Shown: positions 9,101 through 17,074, numbered from the stretch's first letter. The stretch is 64,000 bases of DNA from an uncultured Oscillospiraceae bacterium (GCA_964385605.1 CAYLPQ010000004.1:6763-70762); one strand, 5' to 3'. The notes: generated from the sequence alone by a model not told the origin. Program-made: numbers and translations.

Positions 9101-9659
9101 TGTCGATACCTGTAACAACGTTTGCAATGTCCGCTGAATCAAATCTCATTGTGTAAATCTCATCAGATGCAGGAGCCTTGGGTGTATGATAAAGCCATAC
9201 ACGACCACTACCGTCTGTGTGGTTTACAGAGAACTTACCGTCAGCAACAGCACTGCCGCCGTTGTTTGTAGAACCAATGTACCACTCGGGATAGTTTGTG
9301 AATGTGTGTTTGTTTGATGATACAGTTGTAAGAGTCTCCGCTGTAGCGAAGTCTTCGCTGTAAAGCACATTTGTTGTCTGTGCCTTAACCGTAACATCAA
9401 CTGCTGTACCACCGTCAATTGCTACGGAAACAGTTGCATCCTCGAAAAGGGGACGTTTTACTGTACCATCTGTAGCTATAACAGCTTCGTTTGAAGATGT
9501 TATTGCGTGTTCGCCTAATACAAGATTACTTGTAACGAACTTTTGAGGCTGACCATTAGCGATAACTGAAAAATCAACCTCACCTTCTGCCATAACAGTG
9601 AATGTGCACATTGAGAGCACCATCAACACTGAAAGACAGAGTGCCATGAGTTTTTTCAT
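6147..9659 (-). CDS. giant secreted multidomain protein, paralogue A (atrophied-Ig type inserts plus LamG/concanavalin-like jelly-roll modules), function unknown
   Basis: 1170 aa. Signal peptide MKKLMALCLSVLMVLSMCTFTVMA. Repeated motif (W)xSSNxAVIxxDGTVxRP. Recurrent strand-terminal DN(I/W/F)x(V/L)(Y/K) motifs. No SLH, LPXTG or lipobox. First 106 aa identical to the 10910..13363 product. Confidence 0.85.
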   Translation of the reverse strand: MKKLMALCLSVLMVLSMCTFTVMAEGEVDFSVIANGQPQKFVTSNLVLGEHAITSSNEAVIATDGTVKRPLFEDATVSVAIDGGTAVDVTVKAQTTNVLYSEDFATAETLTTVSSNKHTFTNYPEWYIGSTNNGGSAVADGKFSVNHTDGSGRVWLYHTPKAPASDEIYTMRFDSADIANVVTGIDIRIDAVKYNAEGTKVGAISGQTVSRLASNGWGGYWMGAYRKSNVEIKYNPLTGDFYGNGVLSANNLFEKGTFTDENTAADVKKVVITNITIVDASDGATGNYSIDNWVEYQPVPAETVLANASAADKSAYYSQYLEEDYVVGEGNLAALTTNLNFTPGEELVDGVTLTWASSNPAVIAADGTVNRPISEAATVTVTGTLSVEGAEDVVKTYTAYVLPLTQSFVSEVADAENLAVGSFVGATGWTPSSIKTWESMTVMQEANGNKFYRIGTNAYQPTGSVPKYTFQSYPASLAAGETLVFEAKVKAPVKAGLMNWTLELNDLEIAAFSYYNDYLYDHDYDKGWDDYHGAGAARSDKNITADTWYTIKCEVYANAEVDTGYSVRCYINDQLVGTHKTYKAVPANITSALVSFKGRYNADSTDAATVTKINNFFDADDIKLYKELDKSDVLATLSDAEKVAFFKDLVEASEIGTVSEVGNQLDLDNGYADYDLTTFGVAINWTSDNATYITNDGTLAKLASVGANLVANMTATITAGDVSDTVTFAVPVADGTTLVNTIDFTDTTTSTGSNAEIVADDAAHGNVIHLNNTTTEHWATGAISTIDGGTCKDRVVISADVKYTHNGAAGSSGAISFKTIAGYNGINIYFNYNTGKIHINSTVAQVEAAAKFLSVASGGVLYFDMPQSVIEKGEGEWVNVMVDHNVLSQTMYVYIDGQLLNELPILQANMKLTANGGSAIRGYSLELSGTGEIWADNITLKKYNDQNAVEVDAALNAALFDYASTYNKPVLTNCALPAMTIGKSWWLSGTLFNRDLDESGALKAANPAGYTYVTDGPAIAWTVDGQAATEINVASPKEVTMTVTATANGITESKTFTRLVAPVSIRALALGSAACLNGAWIEGAAGTEKLIVAKYLGDKLVGAGVVDFAETAAWDDETGTGDRYDEANGLVNNLSTANPKESAAYDQIKIFVVDADGITPLAYANTELHD

Positions 9660-9697
9660 AGTGTTTTCCTCCTTAAATTTGAGCCGAAGCTCTTTAT
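9341..9697. repeat. left arm of a perfect 357-bp inverted repeat (38-nt leader with RBS plus first 106 codons)
   Basis: I compared blocks of about 60 nt across the whole arm against the reverse complement of 10872..11228 and found no mismatch. Identity ends abruptly at both borders. Confidence 0.9.
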
Positions 9698-9744
9698 TTA
9701 ATTTAAATTAATTTCTTTTATTATGTAATGGAAAAAACTACATT

Positions 9745-9770
9745 TACCACATAATTTGCATTATGTGGTA
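9745..9770. repeat. 26-bp putative recombinase core site, left (TACCACATAAT-TTGC-ATTATGTGGTA)
   Basis: Exact reverse complement of 10792..10817. Internally it has 11-bp symmetric arms around an asymmetric 4-bp centre. Confidence 0.8.
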
Positions 9771-9801
9771 GAGATACTCCTACCTATAATTATACATTTC
9801 A

Positions 9802-9830
9802 AGTATACCTCTGTTTTTCAAATTTGTCAA
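9802..9830 (-). promoter_or_regulatory. outward-facing sigma-A type promoter inside the invertible segment
   Basis: Minus strand TTGACA (9830..9825), 17-nt spacer AATTTGAAAAACAGAGG, TATACT (9807..9802). Located 32 nt inside the left site and 143 nt upstream of the ATG at 9659. Confidence 0.65.
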
Positions 9831-9893
9831 TACTTTGATGTATAATTTTGACAAAAGTATTAAATAAATTTTGTACGCTTTCAAAGAAATTGG

Positions 9894-10733
9894 TTAACAC
9901 CGTAAAAGCCCCAACATTTGAAGTTGTTTTCTGTGTTCAGCCCCTGATTCAACGGTGTAAATCCTCGTGGTATTAATGCTGGAATGACCCAAAACATCAG
10001 CAAGACGGACAATATCTTTTTGCAATGAATAAAAAGTCCTTGCGAAAAGATGACGGAAATTATGCGGAAACACCTTATCCTTTGACACCCCGGCACTTTT
10101 GCACAAAGATTTCAACATTTTCCATATATTTGAACGGTCAAGCGGATTGCCGTTTTTTGTTACAAAAATACTTCCTTTTTGCAAATTTTCTTCCCTTATA
10201 TATTTAACAAGCATTTTGCACAATTGCCCCGGCAGCATTACAACACGCATTTTCCCTTTGCAGTTTATTATTGCTTGCCGTGCTTTCACCGCTCCTACTG
10301 TAATATATTTAAGTTCAGATACTCTGATACCTGTAGAACATATTGTCTGCATTAAAAGCCAGAGCTTTTTGTTACCATCTTTAAGAGCTGCAGAAAGAAG
10401 CTTATCGTATTCTTTCTTGGTAAGTTCTTTTTCTTTATCTGCAAAAATGCGATTTTGAATTTTCAGTGTTTTTACCCGGCAATCACTCCATCCCAAAAAC
10501 TGAAAAAAGCAATTAAGTGACGACAACATAGAGTTTACACTGCGCGGAGCATATTCCCCCGAAATATAATTTTTATATTTAATAACACTCTCTTTGGTTA
10601 CGGTGTTTCCGTTTTGCCATTTTGCAAAAGCTAAAACATCGCGCAGGTATTTCCGGGATGTGGCAGACGACTTTTCCTCGCAAAAAAGATGTTGCCGGAA
10701 GTTTTCCATAGTTTCATCGGTTATTTTATACAT
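9894..10733 (-). CDS. tyrosine-type site-specific recombinase (XerC/D / phage-integrase fold)
   Basis: 279 aa. Catalytic set present: R (TGIRVSEL), K (CKGKMRVV), HxxR (HNFRHLFAR), H (LGHSSINTT), Y (TRIYT). N-terminal SAM-like core-binding domain. Confidence 0.9.
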   Translation of the reverse strand: MYKITDETMENFRQHLFCEEKSSATSRKYLRDVLAFAKWQNGNTVTKESVIKYKNYISGEYAPRSVNSMLSSLNCFFQFLGWSDCRVKTLKIQNRIFADKEKELTKKEYDKLLSAALKDGNKKLWLLMQTICSTGIRVSELKYITVGAVKARQAIINCKGKMRVVMLPGQLCKMLVKYIREENLQKGSIFVTKNGNPLDRSNIWKMLKSLCKSAGVSKDKVFPHNFRHLFARTFYSLQKDIVRLADVLGHSSINTTRIYTVESGAEHRKQLQMLGLLRC

Positions 10734-10791
10734 TTTAAAATCCTTCCTTTCATTTTCTCTTTATTATAACCGAAGCAATTCGATATATTCT

Positions 10792-10817
10792 TACCACATA
10801 ATGCAAATTATGTGGTA
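10792..10817. repeat. 26-bp putative recombinase core site, right (TACCACATAAT-GCAA-ATTATGTGGTA)
   Basis: Exact reverse complement of 9745..9770. Confidence 0.8.
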
Positions 10818-10871
10818 TAAACATATTTTCTGCCACGTTTGCACTTTGAAAATTTAATTAATTTAATTAAT

Positions 10872-11228
10872 ATAAAGAGCTTCGGCTCAAATTTAAGGAG
10901 GAAAACACTATGAAAAAACTCATGGCACTCTGTCTTTCAGTGTTGATGGTGCTCTCAATGTGCACATTCACTGTTATGGCAGAAGGTGAGGTTGATTTTT
11001 CAGTTATCGCTAATGGTCAGCCTCAAAAGTTCGTTACAAGTAATCTTGTATTAGGCGAACACGCAATAACATCTTCAAACGAAGCTGTTATAGCTACAGA
11101 TGGTACAGTAAAACGTCCCCTTTTCGAGGATGCAACTGTTTCCGTAGCAATTGACGGTGGTACAGCAGTTGATGTTACGGTTAAGGCACAGACAACAAAT
11201 GTGCTTTACAGCGAAGACTTCGCTACAG
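10872..11228. repeat. right arm of the perfect 357-bp inverted repeat
   Basis: See 9341..9697. Confidence 0.9.
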
Positions 11229-13363
11229 ATGATGAAGGAACGGTAAGTGGCACTACAAGAAGTTTTAGCTCTTATTCCGGATTTTCAGTGTCTACAGCTG
11301 CGGGAACAACAACAGCAATAGCTGACGGTGTCGTTAAAGTCGATATTGCGGCTGATTATGAAAAAGATGTGAAGGATCGTAGAACAAATTTCTACACTTA
11401 TGTACCGTCTTTTGACAAAACAAAACCTGTAGTAGTTCAGTTTGACGTTGATAACATAACAAACATTGTAAGTTCTTCCGCTGAAATCAGACCTACTTTT
11501 TATGCCTATCCGACGGATGGAAGTTCAAAAGTTGGTTTAGGCACTATTCAGCTTGCTAAACTTTACTCTGCCGGATTCGGAGCATCCAGTTTCTGTTCTT
11601 CTGACGGAGTTCCAAACAGCAAAACAGTAAAAATCCGCTACATTCCTACAACCGGCGAGATTTGGCTTAACGAACAGAAGTTGTCAAAAAATCTCCTTAC
11701 CTTAACGGACGGCGACTTCAGTTACGTAGCTTTAACCGGTATTAACATCTGTTGCGCAGGTAGCAACTGTGAGGCTCAATTTGATTTGGATAACTATGTT
11801 GTATATCAGGAATATTCCATTAATGATGTTCTTCTTAATGCAACAGATGAACAGAGAATCGAATATCTTAAAACTTATCTCACACCCGAAGTATTCGCAA
11901 ACGGACAGAGTCTTGCTTCAGTAGCTTCGAATCTTGTCTTTTCAACAGGACTTGATATGGAAGCTTTAGATGCAACTCTCGAATGGACAACAAGCGATGC
12001 CACAGTGATTGAGACCGATGGTACAATCCATCCAAAGCAGAATACATCTGTTAATGCAACAGTGCAGGGTACTCTTACCATTGGTGAGGAAATAACAGTA
12101 ACAAAGCCCTATAACATCAAGCTCGCGCCTGCCGGAACAATTGAATGTGTCACTGCAAAATTCAATTGGGATTTTGAAGATATGGAAGTAGGCACTACAA
12201 CCTCAACAACTAGTGTTAATACCTATTTAGGTGGTATAAAAGGTATTTACTTCGGTGGTGGAACGCATGAGTTTGTTAACGACTCTGAAAGAGGTATGAT
12301 GCTTAAGTCTACAGACCCGTCTATAATCCAGTTTTCTGCAGGTCAGCGCGGTCCCGGATATAACAAAAGATATGTTTTTGGATTCGACTACAAATTCACA
12401 CTCAAGGCAAATGCAACGTGGCATACTTTCACCACATATATGCGAGGCAACTCCAGTCAGCAAGTCGGATTTGCTTACTCAAATCAAGATGTGACAGTTG
12501 GTGATGTTACAACAAAATACCCTACCAGCGGTGGATATAAGCAGGATACTTTATTCGCAAGCAAGGTTCCTTGCTACAACGAAATAACTGCTCCTGACGT
12601 ATGGCATCACATTGATGTGGATTATAATTCCACCAAGAATGTTTATACTATTTATGTTGACGATAATAAAATCAACGAAATTCCGGGAAGTGCTCAAAAT
12701 AGTGCAGGCTATGTTGCTTACTGGATGCATACTCAACTTGCTAACATAGGAACATTCTATATGGACAATATGTATGTCAATGAATACACCGATTCTGACA
12801 TTGTAAAGGTAGACGGTGCTCTCAGACGTGCAGTATACGATGCAGCAGCACGTGAAACAGGGCAGAGCGGAGAATCCGGACCCTACAGAACAATCAACAG
12901 AACAGACCTTGATTCAGTTATAACAAGCGGTTCTGTTCCCACTCCCCAGACCGACAGTAATGGAGCAGTTCTTACTTGGAAGGTCAACGGAGTAGAACAT
13001 ACAGAAGCAACATACACTGCTCCTTCAGGTGCAAAGAGTGCTACATTTGAGGTAACTGCTTCATACAACGGAAAGAGCGCTTCACATACATTTACAAACA
13101 GATTTGCACCTGTTGAAATTACAGGATATACTTTTGAGGACAGAATTCTTAAGACAGTAACAATAGAAGGCAACTATACTGGTAAGAAGCTCGCAGTAGT
13201 TTCCGTGTCAACTCATAACAACAGTGTAAATAAAGTAAAGCTTGTAGAAATAACAGATACTACCGTTACACTTCCTGATGATTCAATTACCAACAATGGT
13301 AATGAAATTTATTTCTATGTGTTTGACGAAGAAACACTTCTCCCATATGCATTCAAGAGATAA
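10910..13363 (+). CDS. giant secreted multidomain protein, paralogue B (shares N-terminal 106 aa with A, then diverges)
   Basis: 817 aa. Same signal peptide and first domain as A. Built from the same module types (LEWTTSDATVIETDGTIHP motif, DNYVVYQ / DNMYVNEY strand motifs). Shares the C-terminal module ending IYFYVFDEETLLPYAF. Confidence 0.85.
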   Translation: MKKLMALCLSVLMVLSMCTFTVMAEGEVDFSVIANGQPQKFVTSNLVLGEHAITSSNEAVIATDGTVKRPLFEDATVSVAIDGGTAVDVTVKAQTTNVLYSEDFATDDEGTVSGTTRSFSSYSGFSVSTAAGTTTAIADGVVKVDIAADYEKDVKDRRTNFYTYVPSFDKTKPVVVQFDVDNITNIVSSSAEIRPTFYAYPTDGSSKVGLGTIQLAKLYSAGFGASSFCSSDGVPNSKTVKIRYIPTTGEIWLNEQKLSKNLLTLTDGDFSYVALTGINICCAGSNCEAQFDLDNYVVYQEYSINDVLLNATDEQRIEYLKTYLTPEVFANGQSLASVASNLVFSTGLDMEALDATLEWTTSDATVIETDGTIHPKQNTSVNATVQGTLTIGEEITVTKPYNIKLAPAGTIECVTAKFNWDFEDMEVGTTTSTTSVNTYLGGIKGIYFGGGTHEFVNDSERGMMLKSTDPSIIQFSAGQRGPGYNKRYVFGFDYKFTLKANATWHTFTTYMRGNSSQQVGFAYSNQDVTVGDVTTKYPTSGGYKQDTLFASKVPCYNEITAPDVWHHIDVDYNSTKNVYTIYVDDNKINEIPGSAQNSAGYVAYWMHTQLANIGTFYMDNMYVNEYTDSDIVKVDGALRRAVYDAAARETGQSGESGPYRTINRTDLDSVITSGSVPTPQTDSNGAVLTWKVNGVEHTEATYTAPSGAKSATFEVTASYNGKSASHTFTNRFAPVEITGYTFEDRILKTVTIEGNYTGKKLAVVSVSTHNNSVNKVKLVEITDTTVTLPDDSITNNGNEIYFYVFDEETLLPYAFKR

Positions 13364-13375
13364 TTATACGAAATT

Positions 13376-13424
13376 AAACACAAATCCCCCGACGGAATTC
13401 CGTCGGGGGATTTGTGTTTTTATT
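13376..13424. terminator. bidirectional intrinsic terminator between convergent paralogues B and C
   Basis: 20-bp perfect stem AAACACAAATCCCCCGACGG-AATT-CCGTCGGGGGATTTGTGTTT, flanked by A and T runs. Confidence 0.8.
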
Positions 13425-13437
13425 ATTATTTACTTTA

Positions 13438-16400
13438 TTACCAGTCAAGAAGGCCGTCTCTGAATGTCGCAGGACAAATTCCGTTTTCACCCATTACGAA
13501 AATCTTAACTTCTGTAATATCAGGCTCGATTTCTTCTGTATCGGGATTATCTTCCACTGTTCCCGGATGAGGTACACCGATACCCTTAAGAATACCTGTT
13601 TCGGGATTGTAACTCTTTTTGTTGTCTTCGTTAATTTCCTTGTTTGTAAGCTCTGCAAGGTCAAATAACTGAACCCAATCAACCTTTCTGTTATCAAGGT
13701 ATGTCACAACTACAACCTTTTCGTTACCTGTTGCGCCTTCAAGCCATACACCGTTAAGGCAAGACTCTGTACCGAGTGCAAGGCCACGGATAGCTACCGG
13801 AGCAGCCTTTCTGGCAACAGTCTTTGACTCTGTGATACCGTTTGCTGTTGCTGTAACTGTAAATTCTAAAATACCTGCCTGTGCAACATCGATTGAATCA
13901 ACTGCATCGCCGTTAACCTCATAGGTAAGAGCAGGACCGTCTTCTACATAAGTGTAAGTTGAGGGATTTTCAACCTTGATAGAAGGTGTTTCACCTTCAC
14001 CTGTACCGTCAAGATCTCTCTTATAAGCAGAGCCGTTAATCCATGACTTGCCGATTGTCATTGAGGGAAGGTCACAGTTAGTAAGAACAGACTTATATGC
14101 GTCTGAAGCATATTCAACAAGAGCTGCATTAAGAGCTGCATTTACTTCAACTGCATCTGTGTTAGAGAATTTCTTGAGAGAAACATTGTCAACCCACATT
14201 TCACCAGTCTGGCTAAGCTCAATCGAGAAGCCTCTGATTGCACTGCCACCGTTTGCGCCGAGGTCCATCTGTGCCTGAAGAAGGGGAACTTCGTTAACGA
14301 GCTGCCCGTCAAGGTATACTGAATATGTCTGTGAAAGTGCGTTGTGGTCAACAGTAATATGTACCCATTCGCCTTCGCCCTTTTCGATAACACTTGCGGG
14401 CATAGGGAATGTTACAGACTTGTTTGTATCTACAGTCAGAATGCTTGCACTACCGTCAACCCTTACTGTAGTTGTTACAAGCGAAACATTGCCTGTGTTA
14501 TAGTTAAGTCCAACTTGGATACCCTTCTTGCCTGCATAGGTCATAACACCAAGAGCACCGTATGCAGCTTCAGCCTCACCGTGTACATACTTAACGTCAG
14601 CCTCAACAACAAGTCTGTCTCCACGTCCACCGCCGGAAATAGCTGCGATAGTTCTGGACGTATTGTGTCCTGTTGTTTCGTTCTTGAGGTGAAGGACACT
14701 GCCGTGTGCAGCATCGTCTGTTACATAATCAGCTGTGCCTGAAGCAACTGTTGTATCAGAGAAGTCAACTGACTTAACAAGCACTGTACCGTCTGCAAGA
14801 GCAATTTCAATAGTTGAAGCACCACTTTCAGCACCTGCTGTGATTGTAGCTGTCATATCAACAGTTACATTTGTGCCGATTTCAGCAAGCTTGTTAACTT
14901 TACCATCGTTTGAAATATAGCTTTCATCGGATGACTTCCAAGTGATTGTTACACCGAGAGCATCAAGGTCATAATCTGCATATGTAGCATCAAGACCGAG
15001 AGTCTGACCTGCTGTTACGTCAAGGATTTCTGTAGTATCCACAAGTTCCTTGAAGAACGCAACCTTGCCTGCATCATCAAGGCCATCGAGAACAGAATCT
15101 ACTGACTGTGTTGTGTAAACCTGAATATCGTCTGTATCAAAGTAGTATACAGGAGCTGTAGGCTCGGTTATGCTGTCCATGTTGCTACGTCCTGTGAAAC
15201 CAAACTGCGCTGATGTAATTTCTTCGGGAACAGCATTCTTTGTAGAGTGTGTACCTACATTCTTACCGTCGATGAAGCAGTTAACTGTCCAGCCTGTTGT
15301 TGCTGCTGCGTTTTCAGTAATTTCAAGTCTGATATTGTACCAAGTGTCAGCTGTGATGTTCTTATCATTTCTTGCTGTACCGGCACCGTAGTAAGCATCA
15401 TTACCAAGGTCGTAGTCGTTATCATAAAGATAGTTGCTATAGTAGATGAACTCTGCTATTTCACTGTTGTTAAGGTAGAATGTCCAGTTACCTACACCGC
15501 CCTTTACGGGAACCTTAACCTTTGCCTCGAACACGAGTGTTTCACCCTCACCAACTGCGGGGTTAGTTTTGAAAGTATATCTGGGAGTTGAACCTGTTGG
15601 CTCATAAGCACTGGTAGAAATGCTGAAGTACTTATTGCCGTCAGCCTCTTCCTTAACTTCCATAGCTTCCCACTCCTTGATTATTGCAGGAGTCCAACCC
15701 TCTGCACCAACGAAGCTACCTGCTTCAAGGTTTTCAGCATCAACAACTTCTGTTGCGGATGTCATTGAAAGAGGAAGAACCTTTACAGTATATGTCTTCA
15801 CAATATCGTCTGCACCGTCAACCTTAACTGTGCCAGTGATTGTAACAGTCTTCGGTTCAAAGAAAGGACGTGTAACTGTACCATCTGTAGCTATAACAGC
15901 TTCATCGCTTGATTCCCATTCAATAGAAACACCTGCTACAAGCTCTTCATCAGCTTCAAACTTGAGGTCTTTTGTAAGGGCTTCGAAGTTACCGCCGTTT
16001 GCAATGTAATCCGCTGCAAGATACTTTGAATAATAAAGTGACTGCTGTGCAGGAGTTGCGCTCACAAGAACATCCTCTGCAGGAACGTCCTGATATACTG
16101 CAAAGTTATCAATTGTGTATGTACCTGTTGCGCTGTCAGATGCGTCTACAAAAGTCAAGCTTGTAACAGCAACCTTTGCTACATCTTCAGAAGTGTAACC
16201 TTCTTTTATTGTAGCATTGTCTGCAATAAGGTTCTTTGAATAAAGCACACCGTTACCCCAGAAGTCACCTGTCGTAGGATCATACTTCATTGTAACTCCT
16301 GCCTTCTTGTAGCTACCCATCCAGTAGCCACCCCAACCACTTGCAGAAAGTCTCGAAATTGTACCACCATTGTTAATAGAACCGATTATGTCACCGTCTG

Positions 16401-16980
16401 CATCATAAAGAGAACCGCCGAAACGGATATCAATACCTACACCAACATCAGCAATGTCCGCTGAATCAAATTGAATTGTCACAGGTTCATCTGTTTCGGG
16501 AGCAGCAACCTTATGGTAAAGCCATACTCGACCGTCACCGTCAGTGTGATTTGCTGTAAGCTTTCCGTCTGCAATCTTAACATTGTTATTTGCTGAACCA
16601 ATGTACCATTCGCTGTAATCTTCAAATGTGTGCTTGTTAGCCGACTCGGAAACAGCATCATTATCAACTGCGAAGTCCTCCGCATAGAGAACAGACACAG
16701 TCTGAGCCTTTACTGTTACATCGACAGCTTCACCGCCATCGATTGCTACCTGTACAACCGCATCCTCAAAAAGGGGACGTGTTACTGTACCGTCTGTTTC
16801 AATAACAGCCTCGTCGGAAGATGTTATTGTATGACTGCCGAGATCAAGATCAGCAGTTACAAAGTTTACAGGCTGACCGTTTGCGATTTCTGCAAAGTCA
16901 ACCTCTGCTGCCATTGCTGTAAATGAACACATTGAAAGTGCCATTAACATTGCAAGGCAGAGTGCCATGAGTTTTCTCAT
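13438..16980 (-). CDS. giant secreted multidomain protein, paralogue C (full-length homologue of A)
   Basis: 1180 aa. Collinear with A over its whole length at roughly 60-75% identity by eye. Signal peptide MRKLMALCLAMLMALSMCSFTAMA. Confidence 0.85.
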   Translation of the reverse strand: MRKLMALCLAMLMALSMCSFTAMAAEVDFAEIANGQPVNFVTADLDLGSHTITSSDEAVIETDGTVTRPLFEDAVVQVAIDGGEAVDVTVKAQTVSVLYAEDFAVDNDAVSESANKHTFEDYSEWYIGSANNNVKIADGKLTANHTDGDGRVWLYHKVAAPETDEPVTIQFDSADIADVGVGIDIRFGGSLYDADGDIIGSINNGGTISRLSASGWGGYWMGSYKKAGVTMKYDPTTGDFWGNGVLYSKNLIADNATIKEGYTSEDVAKVAVTSLTFVDASDSATGTYTIDNFAVYQDVPAEDVLVSATPAQQSLYYSKYLAADYIANGGNFEALTKDLKFEADEELVAGVSIEWESSDEAVIATDGTVTRPFFEPKTVTITGTVKVDGADDIVKTYTVKVLPLSMTSATEVVDAENLEAGSFVGAEGWTPAIIKEWEAMEVKEEADGNKYFSISTSAYEPTGSTPRYTFKTNPAVGEGETLVFEAKVKVPVKGGVGNWTFYLNNSEIAEFIYYSNYLYDNDYDLGNDAYYGAGTARNDKNITADTWYNIRLEITENAAATTGWTVNCFIDGKNVGTHSTKNAVPEEITSAQFGFTGRSNMDSITEPTAPVYYFDTDDIQVYTTQSVDSVLDGLDDAGKVAFFKELVDTTEILDVTAGQTLGLDATYADYDLDALGVTITWKSSDESYISNDGKVNKLAEIGTNVTVDMTATITAGAESGASTIEIALADGTVLVKSVDFSDTTVASGTADYVTDDAAHGSVLHLKNETTGHNTSRTIAAISGGGRGDRLVVEADVKYVHGEAEAAYGALGVMTYAGKKGIQVGLNYNTGNVSLVTTTVRVDGSASILTVDTNKSVTFPMPASVIEKGEGEWVHITVDHNALSQTYSVYLDGQLVNEVPLLQAQMDLGANGGSAIRGFSIELSQTGEMWVDNVSLKKFSNTDAVEVNAALNAALVEYASDAYKSVLTNCDLPSMTIGKSWINGSAYKRDLDGTGEGETPSIKVENPSTYTYVEDGPALTYEVNGDAVDSIDVAQAGILEFTVTATANGITESKTVARKAAPVAIRGLALGTESCLNGVWLEGATGNEKVVVVTYLDNRKVDWVQLFDLAELTNKEINEDNKKSYNPETGILKGIGVPHPGTVEDNPDTEEIEPDITEVKIFVMGENGICPATFRDGLLDW

Positions 16981-17074
16981 AGTTATTTTCCTCCTTTATT
17001 AAATAAATATATATGTGCGCTGAAAATCCTCCGCTGATATAACAGCTTTTTTCAGCACAAACACTCACATCATC

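Larger units (their letters stand above)
9771..10791. other. putative invertible DNA segment (1,021 bp) carrying the recombinase gene and an outward promoter
   Basis: Bounded by exact 26-bp inverted sites. Contains a complete tyrosine recombinase CDS and a near-consensus promoter pointing out through the left site. Confidence 0.6.

Noticed and set aside
9824-9846. A plus-strand TTGTCA ... TATAAT pair inside the invertible segment looked like a second promoter, antisense to the recombinase.
   Set aside because: The spacer is only 11 nt, which is incompatible with sigma-A geometry. The TATAAT has no usable -35 at 16-18 nt.
9894-10733. I considered whether the tyrosine recombinase marks a prophage, ICE or other integrated mobile element.
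   Set aside because: There are no phage, conjugation or transposition genes nearby. The gene is bracketed by inverted repeats, not direct repeats, and no att-like duplication of a target sits at its flanks. The context fits an inversion switch, not an integrase.
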